From Planctomycetota bacterium (lineage in GTDB: Bacteria; Planctomycetota; UBA1135; UBA2386): 64,000 bases of DNA. The stretch spans positions 11,746-75,745 of the forward strand of contig CANMWZ010000003.1 of assembly GCA_947501605.1 (NCBI GenBank), in the 5' to 3' direction. Position numbers and translations under genes: made by a program. Below are positions 1 through 9,744 of this stretch, in pieces. Under the pieces are notes generated by a model that made no database searches, was not told the DNA's origin, and saw only the letters and a program-made list of their open reading frames with translations. The number at the start of each line of letters is the position of its first letter. Positions within the stretch are counted from its first letter, which is position 1.

Positions 1-341
1 GCAAGTCGGAGTTCGACATCCTGTTCCGCGAGGGCATCAATCGCATCGGCGAACTGCTCGACATTGGCGTCGATGCCGGTGTGCTGAAGCGTTCGGGCAC
101 CTGGGTCAGCTACGGCGAGCACCGCCTCGGCCAAGGTCGCGACAAGGCTCGTGAGTTCTTGAAGGAGAACCCCGATCTCGCCAAGAAGATCGAGGAAGAG
201 ATCATGACGCGATTCATGCCTGTGGCTGGCGAGAGCGCCCGCGCGGTCCCGCGCGGCGAGTCAACCATCAACAGCTCGCGCTCGGCCCCGAGTGGTGGTG
301 GTCGCGGTCAACCCGCTCCGGCGGGCAGCGACGCGGAGTAA
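1..341 (+). CDS. recA: Recombinase RecA, C-terminal part (5' end lies upstream of the window)
   Basis: Frame 3 is open from base 3 and reads KSEFDILFREGINRIGELLDIGVDAGVLKRSGTWVSYGEHRLGQGRDKAREFLKENPDLAKKIEEEI, the conserved RecA C-terminal domain. Stop TAA at 339-341. Confidence 0.95.
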   Translation, partial: KSEFDILFREGINRIGELLDIGVDAGVLKRSGTWVSYGEHRLGQGRDKAREFLKENPDLAKKIEEEIMTRFMPVAGESARAVPRGESTINSSRSAPSGGGRGQPAPAGSDAE

Positions 342-497
342 ACCGCGTCAGCGGCGAAGCCGGGGGGGCAGCGGTTCAGCCCGGGGGAGCCAGCTCGGGG
401 AGCCAGTTCGACTGGGGAGTTGCCGTCCTCGACGATCCGCGTCGCAGCGATGCCCGCTTGCCCCGCTGCGGTAGTGCTCTGTACAACCTTTGCCCCG

Positions 498-3161
498 ATG
501 AAGCCGTTGTCCGCAGCCGAGATCCGCCGCCGTTACCTCGCATTCTTCGAGGCGCGCGGCCACGCGATCTATCCGTCCGATTCCTTGGTGCCGCAGAACG
601 ACCCAACGCTGCTGTTCACCGGCGCCGGCATGAACCAGTTCAAGGACATGTTCTTGGGCAAGGGCACGCTGCCGCATACGCGCATCACCACGTCGCAAAA
701 GTGCCTGCGCGTGCCAGACCTCGACAACGTCGGGGTCACGCCGAGGCACCACACGTTCTTCGAGATGCTCGGCAACTTCTCGTTCGGGCAGTACTTCAAG
801 GCAGAGTGCATCCCGTGGGAATGGGAGTTCTTCCGAGACGCACTCGGCATCCCCGAAGAGCGCATGGTCGTCACTGTCTACGAGAGCGACGACGAAGCGT
901 TTGAGTTCTGGACGAAGAAGGTGGGGTTGTCGCCCGACAAGGTGTTCCGTTTCGGCGAGAAGGAGAACTTCTGGCCGGCGGAGGCGCCGAGCAAAGGACC
1001 CAACGGTCCGTGCGGCCCGTGTTCCGAGATCTACTTCGACAACCGACCGGGTCAGCCCTATCCCGACAGGAATGGGCTGAAGGACCTGCCGACGGACCGG
1101 TTCACCGAGATCGGCAATTGCGTCTTCACGCAGTTCGATCGCCAGTCGGACGGATCGCTGAAGGCTCTGCCGCAAAAGAACATCGACGTCGGTCTCGGCT
1201 TGGAACGCATCGCTGCCGTGCTCCAGGGCAAGCCCAACAACTTCGAGACCGAGTTGTTTCGTCCCTACCTCGATCATCTCGGCAACCTGAGCGGATCGCC
1301 CTATGGAACCGACGCGCGGCGGGACATCCGCATGCGACGAATCGCCGACCACGTGCGTGCGATCACCTTCTGCATCGCCGACGGCGCGCTGCCGAGCAAT
1401 GAGGGCCGGGGCTATGTGGTCCGCAAGATCCTCCGCCGCGCAGCTCGCGATGGCTACGAACTCGGCGTGCACGAGCCGTTCCTCTTTGCCATGGTCGACC
1501 TCGTCGGCCAGGTGATGGGCGACCAGTATCCGGAAGTGCGTGAGAACGCCGCTCAGTGCCGCGCCGTCATTCGCGGCGAAGAAGAGAATTTTCTCGTGGT
1601 CTATCGCCAGGGGATGACGCGCCTCGAGGACTACCTGCAGAAGACCAAGCCTAGCCAGCCGACAGCCGGCAGCGGCGCGTTTGCATTCTTGCTGCACGAC
1701 ACCTACGGGTTTCCAGTCGACATCACCCAGAAAGTGATGGAGGAGCACGGTCACCAACTCGACGAGCGTGGCTTCGATCAAGCCATGGAAGAGCAACGAC
1801 ATCGCGCGCGCGCCAGCATGGCGACCAGCGATGCGGTGTTCACGGCCAGCGTCGCCGTCAAGCTGCGCGACCAAGGCCACAAGCCGACGACATTCTGCGG
1901 CTATGATCGCCTCGCAGAGAAGAGTGGCTTGCTGGCGCTCGTCGGGGACCACGATGCCTTCCTGCCGCGCGCGAACGCAGGCCAGAAGGTAGTGCTCATC
2001 GCCGCGGCAACGCCGTTCTATGCGCAAGGCGGCGGCCAGGTCGGCGACAAGGGTGTCGTCACGACTCCGACGGGTACGGCGCGGGTCCACAACGTCACCG
2101 GGCTCGATGGCTTCCACCTGCATCACGCAACAGTGGCAAGCGGCCATCTGGAAGCATCGCAACTGGCCGAGTGGCGAGTCGACGAGGCCCTGCGGGCCGC
2201 GACCGAACGCAACCACACCGCGACGCATCTGCTGCATGCAGCACTGAAGGCGATCCTTGGCAACCACGTTTCCCAGGCCGGCAGCGAAGTGGCCCCAGAG
2301 CGACTGCGCTTTGACTACACGCAGCCTGAAAGGCCGACCGCCCAGCAACTGCAGCAGGTCGAGGACGAGGTCAATGCGCAGATTCTGCAGGCTTCACCGG
2401 TCGAGGCCGCCGTTGCCGGTCTCGACGAGGCCAAGGGCATGGGCTTTACGGCGCTGTTCGGCGAGAAGTACGGCGACCGCGTCCGCACACTGCGCGTGGC
2501 CGAATTCAGCAAGGAGCTGTGCGGCGGAACGCACGTGAAGAACAGTGGCAACATTGGCATGTTCCGCATCACGAGCGAGGCAGCCGTGGCAGCTGGCACA
2601 CGCCGCATGGAAGCCGTAACGGGCCTCGCGGCCCTTCGCCTGTGTCAGCAGGAACGTGAGCAACTGGCGTCGCTGTCGCTCGCCTTGAAGGTCCCCGTCG
2701 CCAAGATCAGTGATCGCATCGCCGAGATCGGCGAGGAATTGAAGCGCAGCAAGAAGGACCTGGAGAAGGCGCTCGCCGCGGACCTCGACGTCGAGCTCGG
2801 CAAGCTGCGCTCGCTGGTGGTAGAGCACGACGGCGCGCGTACCGTGGTGTACCAACGGCCCGGCTTGTCGACCAAGGACGGCCAGGACCTATTGCGCCGG
2901 GCCTTGCAGACTCTGTCGCCGATCGCGGCGGTCGTCTTGGCCCAGCACGCCGACGAAGTGGGCGTCATCGCCGCCGTCAGCCCCGCACTGCACGGCAAAT
3001 TGACGGCGGGAGATCTCGTCAAGCAGATCACCTTGGTGCTCGGGGGTGGTGGCGGCGGCAAGCCCGACCTTGCCCAGGGTAAGGGCAAGGAAGTGAGCAA
3101 AGTGCAGGAGGCCGCGACGGTGGCCAGAAGCGCTCTGCGGGACGCCGGACTGCTTGCCTGA
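498..3161 (+). CDS. alaS: Alanine--tRNA ligase
   Basis: ORF 420..3161. I chose the ATG at 498 (MKPLSAAEIRRRYLAFFEARGHAIYPSDSLVPQNDPTLLFTGAGMNQFK), the canonical AlaRS N-terminus. The editing-domain HxxxH motif (TATHLLHAAL) and a C-terminal DHHA1-like GGGGGKPDLAQG are present. Confidence 0.97.
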   Translation: MKPLSAAEIRRRYLAFFEARGHAIYPSDSLVPQNDPTLLFTGAGMNQFKDMFLGKGTLPHTRITTSQKCLRVPDLDNVGVTPRHHTFFEMLGNFSFGQYFKAECIPWEWEFFRDALGIPEERMVVTVYESDDEAFEFWTKKVGLSPDKVFRFGEKENFWPAEAPSKGPNGPCGPCSEIYFDNRPGQPYPDRNGLKDLPTDRFTEIGNCVFTQFDRQSDGSLKALPQKNIDVGLGLERIAAVLQGKPNNFETELFRPYLDHLGNLSGSPYGTDARRDIRMRRIADHVRAITFCIADGALPSNEGRGYVVRKILRRAARDGYELGVHEPFLFAMVDLVGQVMGDQYPEVRENAAQCRAVIRGEEENFLVVYRQGMTRLEDYLQKTKPSQPTAGSGAFAFLLHDTYGFPVDITQKVMEEHGHQLDERGFDQAMEEQRHRARASMATSDAVFTASVAVKLRDQGHKPTTFCGYDRLAEKSGLLALVGDHDAFLPRANAGQKVVLIAAATPFYAQGGGQVGDKGVVTTPTGTARVHNVTGLDGFHLHHATVASGHLEASQLAEWRVDEALRAATERNHTATHLLHAALKAILGNHVSQAGSEVAPERLRFDYTQPERPTAQQLQQVEDEVNAQILQASPVEAAVAGLDEAKGMGFTALFGEKYGDRVRTLRVAEFSKELCGGTHVKNSGNIGMFRITSEAAVAAGTRRMEAVTGLAALRLCQQEREQLASLSLALKVPVAKISDRIAEIGEELKRSKKDLEKALAADLDVELGKLRSLVVEHDGARTVVYQRPGLSTKDGQDLLRRALQTLSPIAAVVLAQHADEVGVIAAVSPALHGKLTAGDLVKQITLVLGGGGGGKPDLAQGKGKEVSKVQEAATVARSALRDAGLLA

Positions 3162-3228
3162 GGCGTTACCCGCAGCGACTCCGAGCCAGGCGTCGGGATC
3201 CAGCCCGCGCGCAGGTCCGCGGCAGTGT

Positions 3229-3256
3229 TTGACTTCCCGTGGTCTGCCCGTAATCT
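3229..3256 (+). promoter_or_regulatory. Candidate sigma70-type promoter for the rpmF-plsX-fab cluster
   Basis: TTGACT (3229-3234), a 16-nt spacer, then TAATCT (3251-3256), about 75 nt upstream of the rpmF ATG. Pattern match only. Confidence 0.25.
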
Positions 3257-3329
3257 CCCGCGCCTCAGAAACCTAGCCCCAGCGCCACGGCGCTGGCTCT
3301 TCGCCACCCGAGCGGTGGCCGACCGTCCC

Positions 3330-3515
3330 ATGGCAAATCCGAAGAGAAAACTCAGCCGCGCGAGCAAGGGTCACCGTCGCGCCCACCTGGTTCTGGACCG
3401 CATTCAGCTGGTCCGCTGCACGCACTGCAGCAGCATGATTCGTCCGCACACGATCTGCGGCAACTGCGGCTACTACCGCACGAAGCAGGTTGTGGTCGCA
3501 AGCAACCCGAACTGA
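3330..3515 (+). CDS. rpmF: 50S ribosomal protein L32
   Basis: MANPKRKLSRASKGHRRAHLVL followed by a CxxC...CxxC zinc ribbon (CTHCSSMIRPHTICGNCGYY). Start taken at the internal ATG 3330 of ORF 3225..3515. Confidence 0.93.
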   Translation: MANPKRKLSRASKGHRRAHLVLDRIQLVRCTHCSSMIRPHTICGNCGYYRTKQVVVASNPN

Positions 3516-3691
3516 CCGCGTTTGGATCGGGTCGCGCTTAGACTCGGCTTGGCCGAGGCCTGCGCGATCGGTGCGTGGCCATTTCCTCGCAAGCGCGCGA
3601 AGGGATGGTCTTTGACGGGAGTCTTCCCGCCACGTCGGTCCGCTGCGGGCCGGCTTTCCTTGCCAATGCACAGCCGGATGGGGTTCGCTCG

Positions 3692-4708
3692 ATGAGCAAG
3701 ATCGTGCTTGATGCGGTGGGTGGTGACCATGCGCCGAGGGAAGTGATCCTCGGCGTAAAACTCGCGCTCGAGCGGGGTCACGCCAGAGCATCCGAGTTGA
3801 TCTTGGTTGGGCCCGAGGCCGAGGTCCGCGCCGCCGCTGTAGCAGGTGGATTGCCTGCCGAGATCGCCATCGTCGATGCCCCGGATGTCCTCGAGGACAC
3901 CGACACGCCGATCGAGGCGATGCGCAAGAAGCCGCGCAACAGCATCGCCGTTGGCGTGGGGCTGCTGCAGCAGAAGGTCGCCGGTGCGTTCGTGAGCGCG
4001 GGCTCCACGGGCACCTGTGTCGCCGCCGCGACCATGGGACTAGGTTGCCTTGAGGGCATCCGCCGCCCGGCGATCGGTGCGATCATCAGCGGCGAGCGCA
4101 ACCCGTTCCTCGTGTTGGACGTCGGCGCCAATCCCCAACCCAAGCCCCTGCATCTCGCCCAATACGCGATCATGGGTTCTGCCTACTATCGTGGCACCTT
4201 GGGCATCGACCAGCCCAAGGTTGGACTGCTCAACATCGGCAGTGAGGAGCTGAAGGGCACGCCTCTGGTGAAAGAGGCGCGGCAACTCTTGAAGCAGTTG
4301 CCAATCCACTTCCATGGGAACGTCGAGGGTGTCGAGCTGTTCACCGGGGACTGCCACGTCATCGTCAGTGACGGCTTCACCGGCAACGTCATGCTCAAGG
4401 TCAGCGAAGGCTGTGCTGAGTATGTGTTGCGCGCAATGCTGGCGGCGATGAAGCAAGTGGGCGTCGACCGCGAGAAGATCAACGGCGTCTTGGCGCAGAT
4501 CATGCCGCGCATCGACTACTCCGAGTATGGCGGTGCGCTGTTGCTTGGAGTGAACGGAGTGGTGACGATTTGCCATGGTCGCTCGCAAGCTCCGGCTTTC
4601 TGCAACGCGATTCGATTCGCACAGAAGGCCATGACCGCAAAGGTCAACCAGCACATCGTCGAGGCGGCGCGCGCCCTCTCGAATGGCAGCCCCGACAACG
4701 CCAACTAG
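3692..4708 (+). CDS. plsX: Phosphate acyltransferase PlsX
   Basis: MSKIVLDAVGGDHAPREVILG is the PlsX N-terminus. Also GFTGNVMLK and LLGVNGVVTICHGRS motifs. Sits in the canonical rpmF-plsX-fab context. Start at the internal ATG 3692. Confidence 0.93.
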   Translation: MSKIVLDAVGGDHAPREVILGVKLALERGHARASELILVGPEAEVRAAAVAGGLPAEIAIVDAPDVLEDTDTPIEAMRKKPRNSIAVGVGLLQQKVAGAFVSAGSTGTCVAAATMGLGCLEGIRRPAIGAIISGERNPFLVLDVGANPQPKPLHLAQYAIMGSAYYRGTLGIDQPKVGLLNIGSEELKGTPLVKEARQLLKQLPIHFHGNVEGVELFTGDCHVIVSDGFTGNVMLKVSEGCAEYVLRAMLAAMKQVGVDREKINGVLAQIMPRIDYSEYGGALLLGVNGVVTICHGRSQAPAFCNAIRFAQKAMTAKVNQHIVEAARALSNGSPDNAN

Positions 4709-4726
4709 TCACGCGGAGCCTCTCGC

Positions 4727-5716
4727 ATGCAGAGCTTGATCCCGATGGGTCTGTGCGGGCTTGGTCACTATGTGCCCGAAAAGCGGCTGACCAACGCCGA
4801 GCTCGAGAAGATGGTCGACACGTCGGACGACTGGATCGTCCAACGCACCGGCATCCGTGAACGGCGCATCGCGGGTCCTGGAGAAGTCACCAGCAAGATG
4901 GGCATCCTTGCCGCCCAGCGGGCCCTGGCGGATGCGAAAATGAGCCCCGAAGAGCTCGACCTCGTCATCTGCTGCACGGTCACCGGCGACCAAGTGTTTC
5001 CCGCGACTGCCTGCCGGATTGGCAAGGACATCGGCGCCAAGCGTGCCGGTGGCTTCGATATCGCGGCGGCCTGCTCAGGGTTCGTTTTCGGTTCGCAAGT
5101 GGCGGCCGGCTTCATTCGGACTGGCGTCTACAAGAATGTCCTCGTCGTCGGCGCCGAGATCCTTAGCCGCATCGTCGACTACTCCGATCGCAACACCTGC
5201 GTGTTGTTCGGCGACGGCGCCGGTGCGGCGATCTACACGCCGCTCGATCGGGCTGGGCGCGGCGAGTTCTTGGGTGGCTCCATCCAGATGGAGGGTGCTA
5301 GCGAGGACGTGCTCGCGGTGCCAGGCGGCGGGAGCCGATTTCCTGCCAGCCATGAGAGCGTCGACCAACGCATGCACTTCATGAAAATGGGCGGGACCAA
5401 GGTGTTCCGTTTTGCAGTGCGGGTGTTTGCTGAGTTGGTTCAGCGAACCGTCGACCAGTACGGGCTCGACGAGATCGGGATCATCATCCCGCATCAAGTC
5501 AACCAGCGGATCATCGAGTCGGCCATGGACTCCCTGTCTCTGCCCATGGAGATGGTCTTCAGCAACATCGAGCGCCTCGGCAACACCTCGGCTGCCTCGG
5601 TGCCGATTGCCTTGTCCGAAGCCGTGGCAGCCGGTCGGCTCAAGAAGGGCAAGTTGGCGGTCATGCCCGCGTTCGGAGCAGGACTCGCCTGGGGACACCT
5701 TGTCCTCCGCTGGTGA
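4727..5716 (+). CDS. fabH: 3-oxoacyl-ACP synthase III (FabH)
   Basis: TSDDWIVQRTGIRERR, active-site region DIAAACSGFVFG, HQVNQRII and GNTSAASVPIAL, which together give the Cys-His-Asn triad context. Confidence 0.93.
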   Translation: MQSLIPMGLCGLGHYVPEKRLTNAELEKMVDTSDDWIVQRTGIRERRIAGPGEVTSKMGILAAQRALADAKMSPEELDLVICCTVTGDQVFPATACRIGKDIGAKRAGGFDIAAACSGFVFGSQVAAGFIRTGVYKNVLVVGAEILSRIVDYSDRNTCVLFGDGAGAAIYTPLDRAGRGEFLGGSIQMEGASEDVLAVPGGGSRFPASHESVDQRMHFMKMGGTKVFRFAVRVFAELVQRTVDQYGLDEIGIIIPHQVNQRIIESAMDSLSLPMEMVFSNIERLGNTSAASVPIALSEAVAAGRLKKGKLAVMPAFGAGLAWGHLVLRW

Positions 5717-5885
5717 TCGTACCAGCGTCAAGCCGCGCCGGAACTGCCGTAGTTCCTCGCGTCCCACGAACCACTCGTCTCCAGCAGGCAACCCAGTTCC
5801 TTCGCAGCCTCTTGCGCCTTCCGGTGAGCCTTCCTAAGACGCATCGTGTTCAACCCCCGAGAAGTCGTCTGATTCCAACCCTGTC

Positions 5886-6635
5886 ATGAGCCCCACGCAT
5901 CTGCAGAACAAGGTGGCCCTCGTAACCGGGGCATCGCGCGGCATCGGTCGCGCCATCGCAGTGGCGTTGGTGCAACATGGTGCGACGGTCGTGTGCACTT
6001 CGACCAAAGCTGGCGGCTGCGAGGACACGTTGGCTTGCTGCGCCGCGGGCCCCGGCAAGGCAATCGCCGCAGTGTGCGATGTCAGCGACTCCGAGCAAGT
6101 AGAGTCCCTGGGCAAGTGGCTACTCGACGCGCATGGCCGACTCGACATCCTGGTCAACAATGCTGGCATCACCCGCGACGGCGTGTTCTTGCGAATGAGC
6201 GAAGAGGACTTTGACCAGGTCCTCGCAACCAACCTGCGCGGGCCATTCCTGGTGTGCAAGGCCTTCTCCCGCACCATGGCCAAAGCCCGCGGCGGGCGGA
6301 TCTTGAACATCGGTTCCGTCGTAGGCTTGACCGGCAATGCCGGGCAGGCAAACTACGCGGCCAGCAAGGCGGGCCTACTCGGCCTGACCAAGTCGCTAGC
6401 CAAGGAACTCTCTGGGCGAAACGTCACGGTCAACCTGATCGCGCCTGGATTCATCGCTACCGACATGACTGCCCAGATCCCCGAAGAACTGCGCGCAGGC
6501 ATGCTCAAGAACATTCCGCTGGGCCGGTTTGGCCAGCCGGAGGACATCGCTGCGGCGGTGATCTTCCTGTGCAGTGACGCCGGCTCGTACATCACTGGCC
6601 AGACGCTTGTGGTGGACGGCGGCATGACCATGTAG
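5886..6635 (+). CDS. fabG: 3-oxoacyl-ACP reductase (FabG, SDR family)
   Basis: [14 protein letters not shown] (TGxxxGxG), NNAGI and YAASKAG (YxxxK). Positioned between fabH and acpP. Confidence 0.9.
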   Translation: MSPTHLQNKVALVTGASRGIGRAIAVALVQHGATVVCTSTKAGGCEDTLACCAAGPGKAIAAVCDVSDSEQVESLGKWLLDAHGRLDILVNNAGITRDGVFLRMSEEDFDQVLATNLRGPFLVCKAFSRTMAKARGGRILNIGSVVGLTGNAGQANYAASKAGLLGLTKSLAKELSGRNVTVNLIAPGFIATDMTAQIPEELRAGMLKNIPLGRFGQPEDIAAAVIFLCSDAGSYITGQTLVVDGGMTM

Positions 6636-6716
6636 TTTGACCACTCGGCAGCACTACCCGTAGGGACTGGTTCCCCGGGCGCTGGCCGCATTCCATACCT
6701 ACCGAGGATAGAAACA

Positions 6717-6962
6717 GTGTCGAAGGTTGAAAACGTCGAAGAGCGCGTGCTGAATATCGTGTGCGAACAGCTCGGGACCACCCGTGACAAGATCACGAAC
6801 GAGACTTCGTTCATCAACGATCTCGGCGCGGACTCCCTCGACACCGTCGAGCTCGTAATGGAGTTCGAGGACGAGTTCGAGATCAACATTCCCGATGAGG
6901 ACGCTGAAAAGATTCAGAGCGTCGGGGATGCCGTGAAGTACATCCAGGGCAAGCTCAGCTGA
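6717..6962 (+). CDS. acpP: Acyl carrier protein
   Basis: 81 aa with GTG start. The [19 protein letters not shown] phosphopantetheine-attachment motif (DSL) is present. Confidence 0.95.
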   Translation: MSKVENVEERVLNIVCEQLGTTRDKITNETSFINDLGADSLDTVELVMEFEDEFEINIPDEDAEKIQSVGDAVKYIQGKLS

Positions 6963-7018
6963 GCCCAGGCAAGAGAGACGCCACGGCAACCTAGACCTTC
7001 ATCCCAGGCTTCTTGGGG

Positions 7019-7037
7019 GGCGGAGTGAGTCTCCGCC
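7019..7037 (+). other. Perfect 7-bp stem-loop in the acpP-fabF spacer
   Basis: GGCGGAG-TGAGT-CTCCGCC. There is no U-tract, so it is not a classical intrinsic terminator. It could act as an attenuator or stabiliser between acpP and fabF. Confidence 0.3.
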
Positions 7038-7052
7038 AAGGTGTGCAACAGA

Positions 7053-8297
7053 ATGGCACGACGGCGCGTCGTCATCACGGGGCTCGGGGCAGTAACCTCA
7101 CTCGGGCTCGATCTCGCAACCACGTGGGAGAAGCTCCTCCAGGGGGAGTCAGGTGCGGGCACGATCACCAAGTTCGACACCAGCAAGCACACGACCAAGT
7201 TCGCGTGCGAGGTGTGGGGCTGGGATCCAGAGAAGTACTTCACGCGGCCGGAGGCCAAGAAGCTCGACCGCTATGCGCAGTACTACTTGGTCGCTGCCGA
7301 CGAGGCGATGAAGGCTGCTGGCTTCGATGCCAGCAAGACCGACTTGACCCGCTGCGGCTGTATCCTCGGCACGGGGATCGGTGGCATCCACGAGATCGAG
7401 GCCAGCAAGGTGCTTCAGATCGAGCGCGGTGCCGATCGGATCAGTCCGTTCTTCGTGCCTAAGATGATGGCCAACGCCGTTGCCGGCCAGGCGGCGATTC
7501 GCTTCGGTTTGCAGGGCACCTGCTATGTGACCAGCTCTGCCTGTGCGAGCAGCAGTCACGCCATCGGTTTGGCCCTCCGCACGATCCAGTGGGGTGAAGC
7601 GGACTTGATGTTGACGGGCGGCAGCGAGGCCGCGACGACGGAACTGGGACTTGCAGGTTTCTGCTCGCTGCGTGCGCTGTCCACGCGAAACGACGATCCC
7701 AAGCGAGCGAGTCGTCCGTTCGATCGCGACCGGGACGGCTTCGTGATGGGGGAAGGGGGTGCCGCCCTCGTGCTCGAAGAGCTCGAACATGCCAAGCGCC
7801 GAGGCGCTCCGATTCTCGCCGAGGTCCTTGGGTTCGGCTCAACGGACGACGCCAGCCACATCACCGCACCCAACGAGACCGGGCACGGGCCGAGTCGCGC
7901 GATCCGCCAGGCCTTGCAGGACGGCGGCGTCACACCGGAATCCGTGCAATACGTCAATGCGCACGGAACGAGTACCGAGCTCAACGACAAGATCGAGACG
8001 CTGGCGATCAAGACCGTGTTCGGCGACTACGCCAAGAAACTGGCCGTGTCCTCGACCAAGTCGATGACCGGCCACCTGCTGGGCGCGTCCGGCGCAATCG
8101 AACTAGCCGTAACGGCACTGTCGATCACGCGCGGGCAGGTTCACGCTACGATCAACTACGAGAACCCGGACCCAGCGTGCGACCTCGATTACGTGCCGAA
8201 CACGGCGCGCGACATGCACGTCACGCACGCGATCAGCAACTCGCTGGGCTTCGGAGGTCACAACACGTGTCTGCTGCTCGGTCGGTTTCGCGGCTGA
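7053..8297 (+). CDS. fabF: 3-oxoacyl-ACP synthase II (FabF)
   Basis: RRVVITGLGAVTSLG, active-site SSACASSSHAIG, NAHGTSTELND and SNSLGFGGHN. Start at ATG 7053; a GTG at 7041 is also possible. Confidence 0.95.
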   Translation: MARRRVVITGLGAVTSLGLDLATTWEKLLQGESGAGTITKFDTSKHTTKFACEVWGWDPEKYFTRPEAKKLDRYAQYYLVAADEAMKAAGFDASKTDLTRCGCILGTGIGGIHEIEASKVLQIERGADRISPFFVPKMMANAVAGQAAIRFGLQGTCYVTSSACASSSHAIGLALRTIQWGEADLMLTGGSEAATTELGLAGFCSLRALSTRNDDPKRASRPFDRDRDGFVMGEGGAALVLEELEHAKRRGAPILAEVLGFGSTDDASHITAPNETGHGPSRAIRQALQDGGVTPESVQYVNAHGTSTELNDKIETLAIKTVFGDYAKKLAVSSTKSMTGHLLGASGAIELAVTALSITRGQVHATINYENPDPACDLDYVPNTARDMHVTHAISNSLGFGGHNTCLLLGRFRG

Positions 8298-8325
8298 GCC
8301 GCACCAACTCGAGGAGCACACTGCC

Positions 8326-8676
8326 GTGAAGAAGAAGCTCAAAGACGCGCTGCATCGGTACAAGGTCGAGTCGTTCAAGCTGTCGCACCATGGTTTGGAT
8401 GTCGCGGATATCTCCCGAGAGATCCTCGATGCCACGCAGATCGCCCTACAGAACGCCTACCACCTTCACTTCGAGAAGGACGCGAGCCCCCAGCGGATCG
8501 AGACCTTCCGCATGGTGAAGACCTTCGTGACGGAAGCGCTGCTGCCGCCCGTCGTGGAGAAGGTGATGCGCCGCATCACCGCGGTTGAGAAGCAGCAAGT
8601 GCAGTTGGTCGCCCTGCTCGACGAGTTGATGCAACTCCTCTCCGAGGACGAGCATTCGGTTGCTTCTGGTGGCTGA
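8326..8676 (+). CDS. Hypothetical protein (116 aa, helical, cytoplasmic)
   Basis: GTG start 28 nt after fabF. Composition is coding-like and lysine-containing, unlike the shadow ORFs. No motif recognised. Confidence 0.5.
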   Translation: MKKKLKDALHRYKVESFKLSHHGLDVADISREILDATQIALQNAYHLHFEKDASPQRIETFRMVKTFVTEALLPPVVEKVMRRITAVEKQQVQLVALLDELMQLLSEDEHSVASGG

Positions 8677-8735
8677 CCAGCTCCGCTCTTTCTGCCACCT
8701 GCTGGCTACGCCTCGCGGCATCGGATGACCCAACC

Positions 8736-9650
8736 ATGAAGTCTGTCCTCGCCGCCGATCTCGGTGGTACAAAATGCCGTGTCGCACTGGTCACCGAGGA
8801 CAATCAAGTCCTCGGTGCACAAAGGCTGCCGACCAGCCGGGATCGCTCGGTCTTCCTGCCGGCGCTGGAGCAAGCCTTCGCCAACGCCTTGGCCGAACGG
8901 CCAGCCGCCGTGGAGCCACCGCAGGGAATCGGCATCGGCACCGCCGGCGTCATCACTGCCGATGGTCGTGGCGTCGAACGCGCACCCAATCTGCCGCTCG
9001 ACAATTTTGCCCTCGCCGCGCACTTCGAAGCGAAGCTCTCGCTGCCGACCTCGTTGCTGAACGATGGTCGCGCAAGTGCGTGGGGCGAGTTTCGGACCGG
9101 GACAGGAAGGGGGCTGGATCCACTCCTGTGCCTCTTCTTCGGCACCGGGATCGGCATTGGCATCATGGCCGGCGGCAAGCCGCATCAAGGCGCCGACAAT
9201 GCCGCCGGCGAGATCGGGCACACGATCTGGCAGCACGGCGGGCGTCGTTGCCCCTGCGGCGGTCACGGTCATTTCGAGGCCTACTGCGGCGGCCGCGCCA
9301 TCCTGGAACGATCGCAGGATCTCTTGGGGCCAAACCCCAACTCTGGGCCCTGGACCGCCGCGACCATCGCGGCGCTGAACAATCCGGCGGCCACGGCCAT
9401 TCTCGACGATGCCGCGCTGGCCGCATCCATCTGCACGGCAAACGCCTGCACGCTGTGGAATCCACGCGCCGTCGTGCTCGGAGGCGGTCTTATCGAAGGC
9501 TGGCCCGCGCTCGCCGAGCGCATCGAGAGCTATGTGCGGATGCACTGCTCCGCTGCGATCACTCGCCGCCTGCAGTTCCACCGCAGCGCCGGTGGGTCGG
9601 ACGCGATCCTGATCGGAGCTGCCGCGTCGACCGGTTGCCTGCGGGCCTGA
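8736..9650 (+). CDS. ROK-family sugar kinase (glucokinase-like)
   Basis: N-terminal LAADLGGTKCRVALV (ATPase phosphate-1 motif) and the ROK zinc motif CPCGGHGHFEAYCGG. Confidence 0.85.
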   Translation: MKSVLAADLGGTKCRVALVTEDNQVLGAQRLPTSRDRSVFLPALEQAFANALAERPAAVEPPQGIGIGTAGVITADGRGVERAPNLPLDNFALAAHFEAKLSLPTSLLNDGRASAWGEFRTGTGRGLDPLLCLFFGTGIGIGIMAGGKPHQGADNAAGEIGHTIWQHGGRRCPCGGHGHFEAYCGGRAILERSQDLLGPNPNSGPWTAATIAALNNPAATAILDDAALAASICTANACTLWNPRAVVLGGGLIEGWPALAERIESYVRMHCSAAITRRLQFHRSAGGSDAILIGAAASTGCLRA

Positions 9651-9744
9651 AGCGCCTCGAATCGTCGAACACCTGCCACTTGCTGCAGTGGGCCGAGAAG
9701 CGACGACGCGCTAGGATCTCGCCGCCTCCTGGGAGGGTGGCACT

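Noticed and set aside
342-497. Direct repeat GGGGAGCCAG x2 in the recA-alaS spacer
   Set aside because: It is short (10 nt) and GC-rich, has no hairpin partner and has no obvious function. It is compatible with chance.
348-2348. 666-aa minus-strand ORF opposite alaS
   Set aside because: It is antisense to an unmistakable AlaRS gene. Its Arg/Ala/Gly/Leu-rich composition is typical of GC-rich shadow frames, and it has no motif.
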